Positions 10,301-22,260 of a stretch of DNA of 64,000 bases are shown here, piece by piece. Positions within the stretch are counted from its first letter, which is position 1; the number at the start of each line of letters is the position of its first letter. The stretch comes from Monocercomonoides exilis PA203 (taxonomy: Eukaryota; Protista; Preaxostyla). A program made the translations under genes and the position numbers. The stretch covers positions 558,001-622,000 of the forward strand of contig LSRY02000041.1 of NCBI GenBank assembly GCA_001643675.2, in the 5' to 3' direction. The notes beneath the pieces are model-generated. The model saw only the letters and a program-made list of their open reading frames with translations. It searched no databases and was not told the DNA's origin.

Positions 10301-13251
10301 ATTCAGAAATCTCTTCCAATTGAGTCACAATCTTCTGCACAGCTGCTACAGATTTAGCAGCAGCTGAAGAAGAAATAGAGGAAAAAGAGGAGGAGGAAGA
10401 AGAAGAATTATAATTTGAACCAGAATTAGCAAAAGATGAATAACAAGAAGGAGAAAGTGATGCTTGATTTCCTTTCAAAGCAAACTGTCTGAATTTCTCC
10501 GGGTTCTTTTGCTGTTCCATTTCAACTTTTTGTGCCATAATCTGCGCAGTCGTTTTGACATGCATGTCAAATTCTGTTTTTTTAGCTGAATTCGTCTCTT
10601 TCAGTGAACGCATCGCAGAAACTGAAGACAATTGAGGAGAAAGAGAAACAAACGGAATTTCGACTTTCTTTTGCGTTTTTCCTCTTTTTTTGGTTTTATC
10701 TTCATTCCGTTTTTGAATGTTTGGATTGACACTTTTAGGAGAAGGAGATGTGGAAGGAGAATGAATTGGGGTGAGAAGAGGAGAATCCAACGGGAAAAGG
10801 GAATTTTCTGTTGTTTTTGAGGAAGAAGTGGAAGAGAAAGAAGGAGTGGAAGAAGAAGAAGAGGAAGAAGCAGGGTGAGAAGGATGGCAGTAGAGAGGAG
10901 GGGTTCTGTTTGGAAGGGAGGATTGAGGTTTGGAAGAGAAGGAAGAGGAGGAGGAGGAAGAAGAGGAAGAGGAAGAATGAGAGTAAGGAGAAGAAGGAGA
11001 TGATGATGATGATGATGATGATGATATGGTTGTTGCTGGAATTTTTGGAGAAGATAGAGAAGAATATGATGATGAGGAGGTGGAAGAAGAAGAAGGAGAA
11101 GGAACAGATGAAGAAGAAGAAGAAGAAGAAGAAGAAGTATTAATAGCGGATGGCTGAGAAGAAGCTGATCCGTTTGTGACAGCCGAGTTTGAAGAAGGCG
11201 AATAAGAACGCTCTTCAACAATGTTGTTCACTCGAAGTGTAACAGAAGCTGATGAAATGGAGTTGTTATCTTCTTCTTCCTCTGCTTCTTCTTCTTCTTC
11301 TCTTTGTCTTCTTTCTCTTTCTCTTTCTCTATCTCTTCTATCTTCTTCTTTCTCCTGTTCTTTTATTTCATCATCATCTTCATCATCATCAAAGATTCCG
11401 TTCTCTTTGTATCCATTGGCTTTGAACTTATCTTTTTTTCCAACTTTCTTCATCCTTTCATCAAATAAACTTTCTCTTCTCTTTTTTTCTTTTTCCTTTT
11501 CTCTTTCTCTTTCCTTCTTTTCATTAATATCTTTTCCTTCCTCCATTTTCTCCTTCTCCTTCTTCTTCTGCTTCTCAAACTTATCTGCTGTTTTCTTATT
11601 GAATGTGACTGAGAAACGAGAAGAAGACAAATTTGACTGCTTCTTCAGGTCTGCTTCATACATTTCAATAGAAAGGATCGAAGGAGGAGGGGTTGGAGGC
11701 ATAGGAAGGTTGTGGTTTGATGAAGAAGAGGAAGAAGAAGAAGAAGAGGAGGAGGAAAAGGAGGAAGAAGAAGAAGAAGATGATGATGATGAATTGGATG
11801 AAGAAGAAGAAGAAGAAGGTGATGATGAAGACGATGGAAAAGGTGTAAAAGATGTTGAATATATTGAAGACGACGAAAACGACGAAGAAATTGAGTGTTC
11901 ATTTGAAATCACATCATCTTCGTCATCAAACAGACCAATACTTTCTCTGTGGTATCTGACTGAAGGAGAGGCATAGTGAATTAAATGTGAAGAAGGAGAA
12001 GGAGAATGAGAAGGAGAATGTGAAGGGGAATGAGAAGGGGAAGAGGAAGGGGAAGGGGAAGGAGATGAATGAGAAGAAGAAGGAAAATATACGGAAGATT
12101 GCTGGAAAGAAGCAGAGGAAGGATCAGAAGATGATGTGGTTTTGTTTGTTCCATCTGTTATATCCATTTTATTTATTTTATTTGTTTTATTTATTTTACT
12201 TTTTTCACTCATAATATTCATCTTTTTCATTTTATTCGTCTTTTTCTCTAATTTTGTTTCTTCTTCATTCTCTTTCTCTGTTTGTGCTTGCTTCATCAGC
12301 ATGTCCCAGTATTTGCTGCCTTCTTCATCGCTGAATGAATCTTCTTCTTCAATTTGATCCGTTTTTGTTGGGAATGAAGGAAAATCCAAGCGAAAACTTG
12401 ATTTTTCTGAAGAAGATTGAGAAAAAAGTGGGACGTTGGAATCAGAAGAAGAAAAAGAACAAGAAGAAGAAGAAGAAGAAGATGATGATGATGAAAGAGG
12501 TATATGAACATTTTCATCAATTTCCTTCTTTCTCTCTTCTTCTTCCGAGTTGTGTTCTTGAAAGGCTTCAAGCAGCTTGCCTGCCTCTGCAACGAGCATC
12601 TTTTCTTCTTTCTTCTTTCTTTTGCTCTCTTTTGATTTGGTCTTATTTTTCGCTTTCGCTTTTGATTGAGCCAACTTTTCATCACTTGAATCGTCTTCTT
12701 CACAAAAATTACTGTTTTTTGGTTCATTCTCTTCCTCAAATTCCTCTTTTGCCATTATCAATTTTGCTTCTTTAAAATGGTGATTGCACTTTTCTATCAA
12801 AATTTTCGCTGCTTTCGAAATTGCTTCCCTTTTGCTGCTTAAAATAGAACTGTCTGCTTTTTCCAGGCTTGTAAGCAGGCGGAGCAGATGAATTTTTTGC
12901 ACTGGCGGAATCAATTCCTGTGAGCCCAATAATGTCTCGTGCGATTTGCTGATGATCGGATGGCATTTAATCAAAGACGGGGCATCAGATGCCTCTGCTA
13001 ATACAAGTTCTTTGGAATTTGGTAAAGTGTGCAATAAACTTTCCAAACAACAAATTCCGCAGCTGGACACTTGGAGATTGTTATTCTTTGAAAAAGTTTT
13101 TGCGTTGCATTTAATTGTTTATAAATAACATAATTGTGCAAACTAATGACATCTTTAAGCAACAATCAATAAATTCTTTTCTTCCAACAAAAGAATTGTG
13201 AATAGTTTCCAAGTGCGGTATTGTCAAAAAAATTTTTATGCTTTCCGCCAT
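5576..13251 (-). CDS. ~1889-aa low-complexity/coiled-coil protein with a C-terminal SPRY/B30.2-like beta domain; 5 exons
   Basis: Exons 13251-13144, 13085-8468, 7975-7913, 7685-7661 and 6431-5576. All introns are GT..AG and phases chain correctly (5670 nt = 1890 codons). The spliced C-terminus reads HITCFVGKALEEGRWKVDLRV...DSK|YVCILPANYKVKPKTDIRFDP|QAISFALKT|GAVWVNGRDTSGN...ISIDGIEQPLVVCNLPVPLKIGVHLL. Confidence 0.8.
6434..7440. repeat. ~1-kb polypurine/polypyrimidine satellite of (GA)n, GAGAAA and GTGAAA units, intronic
   Basis: Almost pure A/G on the + strand with a recurring GTGAAAGTGAGAGAAAGAAAAAGAG landmark. Lies inside intron 7660-6432. Confidence 0.95.
8201..8450. repeat. 10-bp tandem repeat (CAAAACACAA)x25, intronic
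   Basis: 23 perfect units (8211-8440) plus one imperfect unit at each end. Lies inside intron 8467-7976. Confidence 0.97.
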
Positions 13252-13297
13252 CGTCTCATTTAAAAAAAATCAAAATTAAAAAAACAGTCAGTCAGAA

Positions 13298-13958
13298 TCA
13301 ATGTTCACAAACCACAAGATTTGTGTTATCCGAAACGTTAACAATCTGATCAATCTTTTTTAAAATGTTATCTTTAGTTACATAAGCGATGTTCCTCCAA
13401 TCTTTAAGATACAATAATACATTATCAAAAAAGTTCGAAGATAAATTGGAAATACCTCTCCCCACAATATCCAAAAATGAAGCCAAATAATCGAAGCAGC
13501 TTTTTGAATCGTATAAGTCGCAATCGTAATTAAACATCGTCCTATCAATCTGTCAAAATAAAAATTTATGCTTGAATTCACATTTCATATATAAAAGCAT
13601 TACTTGCATTTTATGCTTTTTTTCCATCACAACTTCCGTAAATTTAAACAAATGCTTGTTTGTATCACGTCAAATGGCAATTCCTATTCAATTCCAATAT
13701 AAAATAATATATATACAAGCGAAATATTTTGATTATTCACAATTAAATAATTTTATTCCCCATAATAATATTTTTTCTTGCTTTCATTAAAAAACCAGAA
13801 AAAACATAAATATAATAAAATAAAAATAAAAATAAAAATAATATGTTCCAAATTTTTTTGTCATTGTTCCATTGAATATCTTGCTTTCTCAGCAAAAATA
13901 AGACAAAAGAAAAAATAGTTAAGATAACAGCAAGAATTTTTTGTGTGTAACATAACAA
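13298..13958 (-). pseudogene. Decayed intron-containing gene of unknown function (3' exons)
   Basis: A GTAATG..GACAG intron joins FTEVVMEKKHKMQ to IDRTMFNYDCDLYDSKSCFDYLASFLDIVGRG...CEH*. Upstream exons carry in-frame stops. Confidence 0.35.
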
Positions 13959-14021
13959 AAGAGCAGAATATTAAATCCAAAATTTCATGATATCAGCATT
14001 TTGAATTTTGTAAGATTGATA

Positions 14022-16196
14022 TAGATTGGTGAAAATAATAGACAGAAAAATAAATTGGAAAAAAGAATTTATATTAAAAACAATAATTCTGTTAGTGCCA
14101 AAGCCGTTCGATGGTTCAACCCTGACCATAACAAAAGCATTTAAAATGACTAACTCTTTGTTATTCTTTCAATTCCATATGTGATAATGAATAATTTCAA
14201 CTGTTCGAAATCACAGGTCGATTTTTTTAACACGAGTACAGTTTCATAATAGCTTTTTAAATAAAAATGAAACTGAGAAACAATCTTTTTGCTTTCTATT
14301 AGAAATTGCCGAAATAGTTGATGTGAAACAATAAAAACGATAACACGTGTCGACAATGCTCGCATAGGGTGTTTTGTTTTCACAGATCACAATTTTCCAT
14401 TGTATTAATTGAAGTACTCTTCACTTATATGTTTTTCTTTCGTATTTAATGAATGAGAAATTTTTCTCTGGGAGTGTGATCGAAGTATTTTATTTCGTCA
14501 CGAGAATTTGATTTCACTTCTTTTTCATCGTCTTTGACTGTTTCAATTATTCTCTTTGCTTTTTTTCTCGATAACTTTTTTTCTTTTACTGGTTCTTTAT
14601 TCAACATCTCATAAAGTTCTTGTCGGCAATGTTTATTTTTATGTTTCTTTTCAGAAGAAGACAAACTTTGTTCACCAATATTCGTCAGCTGTTTTTGAAG
14701 AAAATGTTAACGCTCTTTTGTTGATTCAATTAGTTTCATTAGCTCTAATTCATCCATCTCATTTGCTTCTTTTGATGTTTTTTCATCAGTAGAATTTTCG
14801 TTGGTTGAAAATTTTATTGTCGAATTTTAACTGTGATCTTCATTCAAAGTTAAGCGTTCTTTTGTTATCACAGAATCGTGGAGAGATGAATGTTTTGAAG
14901 ATTGTGAAGAAGATAATAGTTTATCACTATGAGGAGAATATTTCACAAACAACTTTTCTCTCCAATCTCGGGATGAAACATAAGTTTCATTATTGCATTT
15001 GTGATTTTGTGTTGTGGATCCAGATATGCGATCCAAAACAGGGGCTGCAGCAACAAGCCAAACTCCACTTTTAATGAAAGTTGATTTGATTGTGGAAGGC
15101 ATTGTTGAAGCAGCAATTGTTTCAGGGAGAGTGCCTGCAAGTGATGCTCTGTGTGAATGAATAGAAAATTATGAAAAGATTTGAAATTTTTTAAAAAGCG
15201 TAGTTTTCAAACGAGAGAAGATGCATGAATAACCTGGCTGTTAAAGATGAGTCATGTTTGGAGGAAAGAATTTTATAATTATATTGTGTTTCTCTGCAAA
15301 ATCTGCCACAGAATCATCCATATGAGTAATCTGATTATCCATCAAAAACAGGGCTTTATGTGAAGTGGTTGTTTTCAATTTGAATTCTATCCAGGGAATA
15401 CAGCTATTGATCATGAAACTTCTTAAAATCTCTTTTGTAATTTTCCCCGATGAGGAAGGAAGAACTTTAAAATCGAAAGACAAAAGAAAAGAAAATTTTT
15501 CGGGAAAACATTTTGTCGGCGAAAGAAGATATTTTCTTGAAAAGGATTTATCTGCACATCCACATAAACACAACGTTGAATTTGGCACTTTCGGAGGAGC
15601 TGGAGAAGATGGAGAAATTTGATTTTTCAGGCAAACAATCAATTTTCTTGAACTTTCATTCAAATTCAATGAGGTTTCATAAAAATTAAAAATTTTTGAA
15701 GAATCAATGTGGTTTTCGTTAATCACATTCGACAATTCTTCAAACCATTGTCTGACATTTTCTGGTGATTGAGTGGCAATTTTTGACATGTCTGTTGGCC
15801 TTGAAATTGCAGCATGAATGATTTCGCTCCATTTTAACAACTTGTATGCATATTTTTCGTTTTCTTTTCTTGGCTCGTTTTTATTTGTCGAATCCTTTTC
15901 GAAAATATCCACGCACTCATAAAAATGCATATGAGAAGTCTTTTTTGAATCCATATAATTTCTGTCTAAAAATTCAGCTTGAAAATTCAATTTGAATATT
16001 GATATATGAACAGTGGAATGGAATCATTTTTTTTGAAAAACCTTTGTCTCGAGTATTATATCTATGACATCGTCATTTTCAACAATTTTAATGTTTTTGA
16101 CAAATGAATAAATAGTTCCTTTCGAAATTTATAAAATCTTTAAAAAAAATCAACACACGGAAAAAAGTTATGATTTCATTGAAAATCACCCATATA
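14022..16196 (-). mobile_element. Degenerate pogo/Tigger-like (Tc1/mariner superfamily) DNA transposon
   Basis: Ends are TA|TAGATTGGTGAAAAT (14022) and the reverse complement TA|TATATGGGTGATTTTCAATGAAATCA (16196), with TA on both flanks. Encloses a DDE_1 transposase remnant. Confidence 0.6.
14446..15990 (-). pseudogene. DDE_1 (pogo/CENP-B type) transposase, inactivated
   Basis: Motifs KIFNFYETS (cf. NxDET), SSGKIT (cf. GWMT), LFLMDNQITH (cf. LLDxHxSH) and FFPPNMTHL*QPGY (cf. LPPxxTHLLQPLD). Two of three catalytic Asp are lost, there is an in-frame TAA at 15241, and the C-terminus is broken. Confidence 0.85.
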
Positions 16197-16221
16197 TAAA
16201 AATGGAAAAGTCAAAAACAAA

Positions 16222-16520
16222 TCAAACCATGTTTTGAACGTCATGCACTCGAACAGTTTCCAGTTCTGACAACTTCACAAGAACTTGATTTTCTATTATT
16301 TCGAGCTGTCGCGAATAAATTGTTAAAGGATGCCCATCAATTCCACCATCCCTTCCTTCCTTTTGTACTTTAATTTCCATGAACCAATGACCTTTGGATG
16401 AAAAATTTTCATTCACGGAAGTTTGCCATCTCAGTTGTTTATCATTTCGAACTGCAAATATCTTTTTTGTTGCTGAAGGAATGGAACGATATTTTCTATA
16501 CGCGAGCTAGCGATGGAGTT
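16222..16520 (-). pseudogene. Orphan exon-like fragment between the pogo element and the MITE
   Basis: Open frame RKYRSIPSATKKIFAVRNDKQLRWQTSV...ETVRVHDVQNM ends at a GTTTGA donor-like site about 30 bp from the pogo end. Confidence 0.3.
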
Positions 16521-16555
16521 AAATAAATGAGAGATATGTTTTGTTGCTCATATTA

Positions 16556-17523
16556 GGGTCAGAAATTTATCGGTACCAAAAAAATAAATCGGGACCTAAA
16601 TTTTCTGGCTCTCAAGAGCACTTTCAGAAAAAAATAAATAATAGAAAATAATTAATATATTATAATATACTATTTCTGAGAATATTTTTTCAAATTTTAA
16701 TTGTTGTGAAAAGATCTGGTGTTTTTTGTTTTATTTTCAAGATCAAAGACTTGCTCGTATTTTCATGAGCTTTTTGTTTTGAGATTTTTAAGTATTGTTA
16801 TTGTTATTGAACATAACTTCTTTATAATTTTGGTTATTTTTCATTGTTTAACACTTCGTTTTTTTATTATTTTTTGTATTTCACTAAATTTCGATAAAAT
16901 AAGAAAAAATAGTGAAGTTAATGATTGTAATATTTTTATATATCGTAGAATAGTTGAAAAAATGATAGTTATGTGTGTCACAAAAAATTTGAAATGAAAG
17001 AATGTGATTTGAAGTACATGAAACAAAAATACACAAAAATATGTTTTATTGAAATTTCATCTCGATCTTTAAAAAATAAAAGATAATCTTCTTTTTGTAT
17101 ATCTTCATTTGTTGATAATTTATATATTATTTCTTTTAAATGAACGAAAAAATTTATTTATTTAAATGTATTCTTCAATTTGTCTAAATATTGTGAAATG
17201 CAAAAAAAATAATAAAAAAACGAAGTGTTTTATAATATAAAATATCCAAAAACATAAAAATGTGAAGTTTATAAACAATGATACGACTCATAACATTCAA
17301 AACAAAAAACTCATGAAAATACGAGCAAGTCTTTGATCTTGAAAATAAAACAAAAAACACCAGATCTTTTCACAACAATTAAAATTTGAAAAAATATTCT
17401 CAGAAATAGTATATTATAATATATTAATTATTTTCTATTATTTATTTTTTTCTGAAAGTGCTCTTGAGAGCCAGAAAATTTAGGTCCCGATAAAAAAAAG
17501 GGGATATGATAAATTACTGACCC
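16556..17523. mobile_element. 968-bp non-autonomous element (MITE-like) with ~227-bp terminal inverted repeats
   Basis: 16556-16782 is the inverted copy of 17297-17523, with the inner ~190 bp near-identical. Termini are GGGTCAG...CTGACCC, flanked by (T)TA and TA(A). The AT-rich interior has no coding capacity. Confidence 0.92.
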
Positions 17524-17525
17524 TA

Positions 17526-18980
17526 AATGGGTCATGATCAAATTGAAAATTTCGATAAATGCTTTTAGTTAAAACATTTTGCATTTTTTGATATTTATCA
17601 TCGTTTTTTGTGTCAATTTCTTTCAATAACTCAAATATGGGACAAAATATTTTGCTTCAAGCATTTTCATTGTAAAATGATGCACTTTTCGTTGACTTTT
17701 TGAGATCAAAAAACAAAATAAAAATGGGTCCATTTTTTGACATTCGTGAAATATCACAACACTTTCTGTTTTGATTTCAATAATGTTTGTTTACAGATAT
17801 GAAAATCAAATTTATTTTGAAATCTGAGAAAGCGAAATAAAGTTATGAGTGAAGCAATTTTTTTGTGCCTTGTGCAAAAAAAGCTTGAAAGTTCGTATTT
17901 TCCCCCATATGATCTCGTTTTTTCCTTGTATGAGATTTTAAAAAGAAAATATTCGTTCTTTTCTATTTCATCAATCATTTCATTGACTTGTGATTTCTTA
18001 ATGGCAAAACATTGATTAATGATGATTATTGTGTTAATTTATCATATTTTCATTTTTTGAAATGCGTTGATGAGAATTTATTTTCAAAATTGTCGATATC
18101 AGCATATTAATAAAAATCAGGTTTCACACAACAAATTGGATTTGGCACTTTGCTTTAATCATATGCGTATTAATATCATGTAATAATGAGATATTGTTGA
18201 GCTCACTTTACACTTTTGTTATTTTTTTGTAATTTAATTGATTTCCTTTTATCCTTCAATGCAAAGCAATTAACAAATTTAAAAGGAGCAGTATTTAAAA
18301 ACGAGTTGTGTTTGTTAAAGAGATAAAATAAAACTCTGGTTTATTCAGAGAAAATTATTATTTTCTAATTGAATAAGCAATGCTTCAAGATTAAAAATTT
18401 ATTAATTGGATATAATATCAAACCAGTGTTTTATTTTTTATTTTTAATTTTATTTTATTATATATTTTATTATATATTTTATTATATTTTATGATATTTT
18501 TTATGGTGCAAATTTCAATTTCAATTACACTTCTGTAACATGACAAATTACAAAATCATATGTTTGTCACAAAAAAAAGAAGAAAAAATTAATTAATAAT
18601 ATCAAGTTAATAAAAAACAATTCGAATGAGAGCGAAAATTTTAAAAAAACTTTCGATATCTTTGGATTAAATTTATTGAAAGAATTAGAAATATCTGCCT
18701 TTTTCTCATTTTTCAGTGACAGTCAGTGACGGTCAATGACAAATTGTGACATAAAAATTTCACAACCGACGTTTTCTGTAAAAAAATTTCTGTTGGTTTC
18801 TTCTTCATCTAAAAAAAAATACGATTTTTTTAAAATAACAAGAATTGTTATATTTCGATTTTCTTATAAATTATTTGAATTATTAAGAATTGTGAAATCG
18901 AATAAAACTACCCTTTTTGATAAATCTTAAATATCTTGTCAGTCATTTTGTCATTGTTTCAATTTTCTCTTGTCATATCA
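17526..18980. mobile_element. Older partial copy of the right arm of the hAT-like element at 29659-33108
   Basis: 17636-17907 aligns by eye with 31797-32067 (e.g. GCGAAATAAAGTTATGAG, AAGCTTGAAAGTYCGTATTTTCCCCCA). The TGAC-motif cluster at 18716-18770 parallels 32852-32900. Termini are decayed. Confidence 0.6.
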
Positions 18981-19749
18981 CAGAGATATAATTTCAATAC
19001 ACACTTTCATCACCGTTATTGAAAATTGAGAAATAATATCGTTTGAAATAAAAATTAGTGAAAATATAAATTTCATAAATTTTTTTTTTAATCAGAAAAT
19101 ATTTTGAAAAGTTCCTTTTGTTTTATTTTAAAATATTAAAAAAATTTATCAATAATCATCAATTTTCTGTTCCCACTCACATAACAATGCGAAAATGGAA
19201 ATAATAACATTGAAAAGATTCTGTTTTCACGACAGCGAAATTTTGTAGGTTGGAACAGTAATTTGATTGATATATGGGTAAAAATTTTTGAAAAATCACC
19301 ACAGATCAAATAATATCACCCATTCTTATTTTGTTATATCTGTTCCATTCAAACTTCCATAAGTTTAATGGATTTTTTCAATGTCAATATTGATGAGTGA
19401 ACTCGTTTGATTTTTATATCCAATTTCAAGAAATATTTTGTTTTTATTACATTCACTGATCAAATTTATTTTGCGTTTATTTATATAATCGCGTGGCAAA
19501 ATAAGCTTCCATTAATTCTCATACTACCTCTTGAATATAAATGTGGTAATTAACCTTTGAACAGACAAAAGTTATAGGTAGAAAGAATGCAGTGTCAATT
19601 CTTTTTCCGGAAAAAGTCTATGAAATTGTTCTTTTGATGGTGCTGGAGGATCAATTTGTCATTGGAAACCAACGGAGAAATTTTATACTCTCAAATTGTC
19701 TTTTCTATAGTTGCTATGCAATGCGTGGAGAATGTGATGTTAAAATAAT

Positions 19750-20560
19750 GATAGAATTGAAATGATTACAAATTATTGTTTTTCTTCTTTTATTTTCATA
19801 ATAACACATGTTTGAAAGGAGGCCATGACATTACTCTTCAAGAATCGAATTCAAACAACATTGATCCAAATTGCAATTGTACAAGGCAAACATCAAATAT
19901 AGTTTGATCAAGATACAACTCAATTGCGGAAAAAATCGAATGTTCTCGAACGATTTTGGAAAAATCAGATATGCTTCATATGCCAAAACACAGCCGAATG
20001 CCAAAGATGCATATGCATGCAGAACAAACGAAAGTTATCTCTACAGCGCCATCAGCCGTTGTTTGATACCGCCTGTTCATGTAATGTGATTGATATTGAG
20101 ATGCCCAAAGGAACAATTACTGAAATCAAAAGTTAGGATTGGGGCGACAATACTCATACATTATACGGCCAAAGTATTTTTTCAACAACCGTGCAGACAG
20201 AATTCGATGAATCAGGTTTGTCTCTATTTTCAGTCACGGCAGGCACATTATCTGTTAGAGATCTTCCCTTTGTGCATGACTCGGCACATGCAAATAATTG
20301 CGACTCAAAGATATTCGAAATTACTGGAGCTGGAGAGATGAAAATAAGCAATCTGAACATATCTGCTGAAAGTTACACTCAACAGAAACAGCATTCACTA
20401 CAGAGCTGATCAATGTTCAGAATGGGTTGTTGCAAATGGTAAACAAAAATAATGCAAAACCTGTATCCACAACTTAATAATTTTCGCTATTGTCAACACA
20501 AGAGATAACTTTTTCATTTGCTGAGTGCATTTTATGGAATTGAAAGAACAATCACAAACC
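19750..20560 (+). pseudogene. Fragment of a beta-helix surface-protein family gene (decayed)
   Basis: Broken frames such as TVQTEFDESGLSLFSVTAGTLSVRDLPFVHDS...IFEITGAGEMKISNLNIS resemble SVALFTINSGDLRIFSLTIDHN...LFSISDPAGAVHLKHLLIT of the 39808-52066 gene. Boundaries are approximate. Confidence 0.6.
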
Positions 20561-20569
20561 ACTAAATGG

Positions 20570-22260
20570 GTATGGGAAGAAGGAAAGAAATAGATAAATT
20601 CACAGAATTCCCAGAAGCAGATGATGAATGAGAAGGAGCTTTTTCATTGCAGTTGTTGGTTGGCGCATCGATTCCGAGAGGTGCATTCCACTCGAAAAAG
20701 CCAGAAGCCAAGCAGATGCCGAAGGTGCAGAATAAGACGAGGGAGCGAGTGTGAGCAAAGCAGAAATGCAAGTGGGGTATTGAAGGAGGTAATTTTCGAT
20801 GTCATTTCGATGCCAACTTGCAGGAGATACGACGTCCACCGGAACGCAGATGATTCCTTTAGTAAAGCTAACCTGCCCACAAACACACAATGCGAAACAC
20901 TCATAACCCCAATCATCCCTTTCTTCTTTCACACTGACAAAAACGTAAATGTTGCATCCCGCAGAGCTATCGACGGCACGCATTCCGGCGGAACAACAGA
21001 CACAACAGCTACAAACTCATCCATCGTCTATCTTTGCATGTCCGAGTTCAAATGCAACAATACCACATTCTACCACAAGCATCAATTCGATTGACCTTCT
21101 CTCCTTTCCTCCGTCTTTTCAATAACCCGTCTTCTTCTGATGCCCTTCATTTCCGTCTCCTTCTTCCAAAACGGCCACATCTCCTCATTTTCCTCAAAAA
21201 CATTTGCACATCTTCGATTATCATAAACCGCACCAACTCGCTTTTCTTCTGCACCACCTGCTTATCCTCCGGCGATATGCGCACATAGTCCCCAAGCCCT
21301 TGCCTCGGCACCGCCACCACTACCCATATCTGTAATGATTTTGTCTCCACATTTCTCCCGGATAGTCGACAGCCACTTCACCAGCAACCGCAGCAGCCCA
21401 GTCTTCATCATCATCAGCGTCAGCTTCATTGGAACAGAAGACCAAGGTGTGAATCGCATCAGAAGAGCATACACTGTTCGAACGTCATCTTCCATATCAG
21501 CTCAAACATTGTACTTATCAGCCATTTTATCGCCATTGACTCCGCTGGAGAAGGTAATAAACAAGCCAAAGATGAGCCTGTCCAAGATCCACATGAAGAC
21601 GTCATTAGCCAATTCGAATTTTCCCGATTTCTTCGATCTATCATCTGCTCAAGAAGCATGTGCGATCGCTGTTCAACAGTCACCTTCCATGCCCCTTTCC
21701 TTTCTCCAGGAGGAACTACAGCAGGCATCCAGCATTTCAGCTTTTTCTTTGGTAGAAGCGCGGAGATAGCATCACAATCCGCATAATTATCAATATCGGC
21801 AACGAAAATTCAAGCAAATTGTTGGTCGACTGGTACGGAATTTAGTCCGGTGATGAAAAGATCCGTTTAATCACAAATTACTATGCCAACGAAGCTAAGA
21901 GCGACTGATCAGAGTTATCCAGAAGTGCTGAAAGCATTGTTGAAAATTCCACATCATGTACCCATGCAACGCCCCTGTTCATAACTGCACGTTGCGCTAC
22001 AACATATCCCCGCAGTGAATTTGTCTCCCTTTGTGACGACTTCTTTTGATTTGCATTCACCCCCATCCGCAACAGGCACAACAATCCACCACCACCTTTC
22101 AATGAAGCTAATCGCTGCTACAGACGTGTATGAACCCGCCTATTCTGAGACATCCAAATGAACTCATACAAATGCGGTACGTAACGACAATGATTGCTCA
22201 TCGCCTGCCACATTGTTCTCTTCTTTTCACTGCCTGGGGAATGGCGAAGCTGACAAGAAT
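20570..22260 (-). pseudogene. GC-richer coding-like fragments of an unidentified gene
   Basis: Abrupt rise in GC. Protein-like broken frames (NDIENYLLQYPTCISALLTL; VYALLMRFTPW..LMMMKTGLLRLLVKWL). Strand and limits are inferred. Confidence 0.35.
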
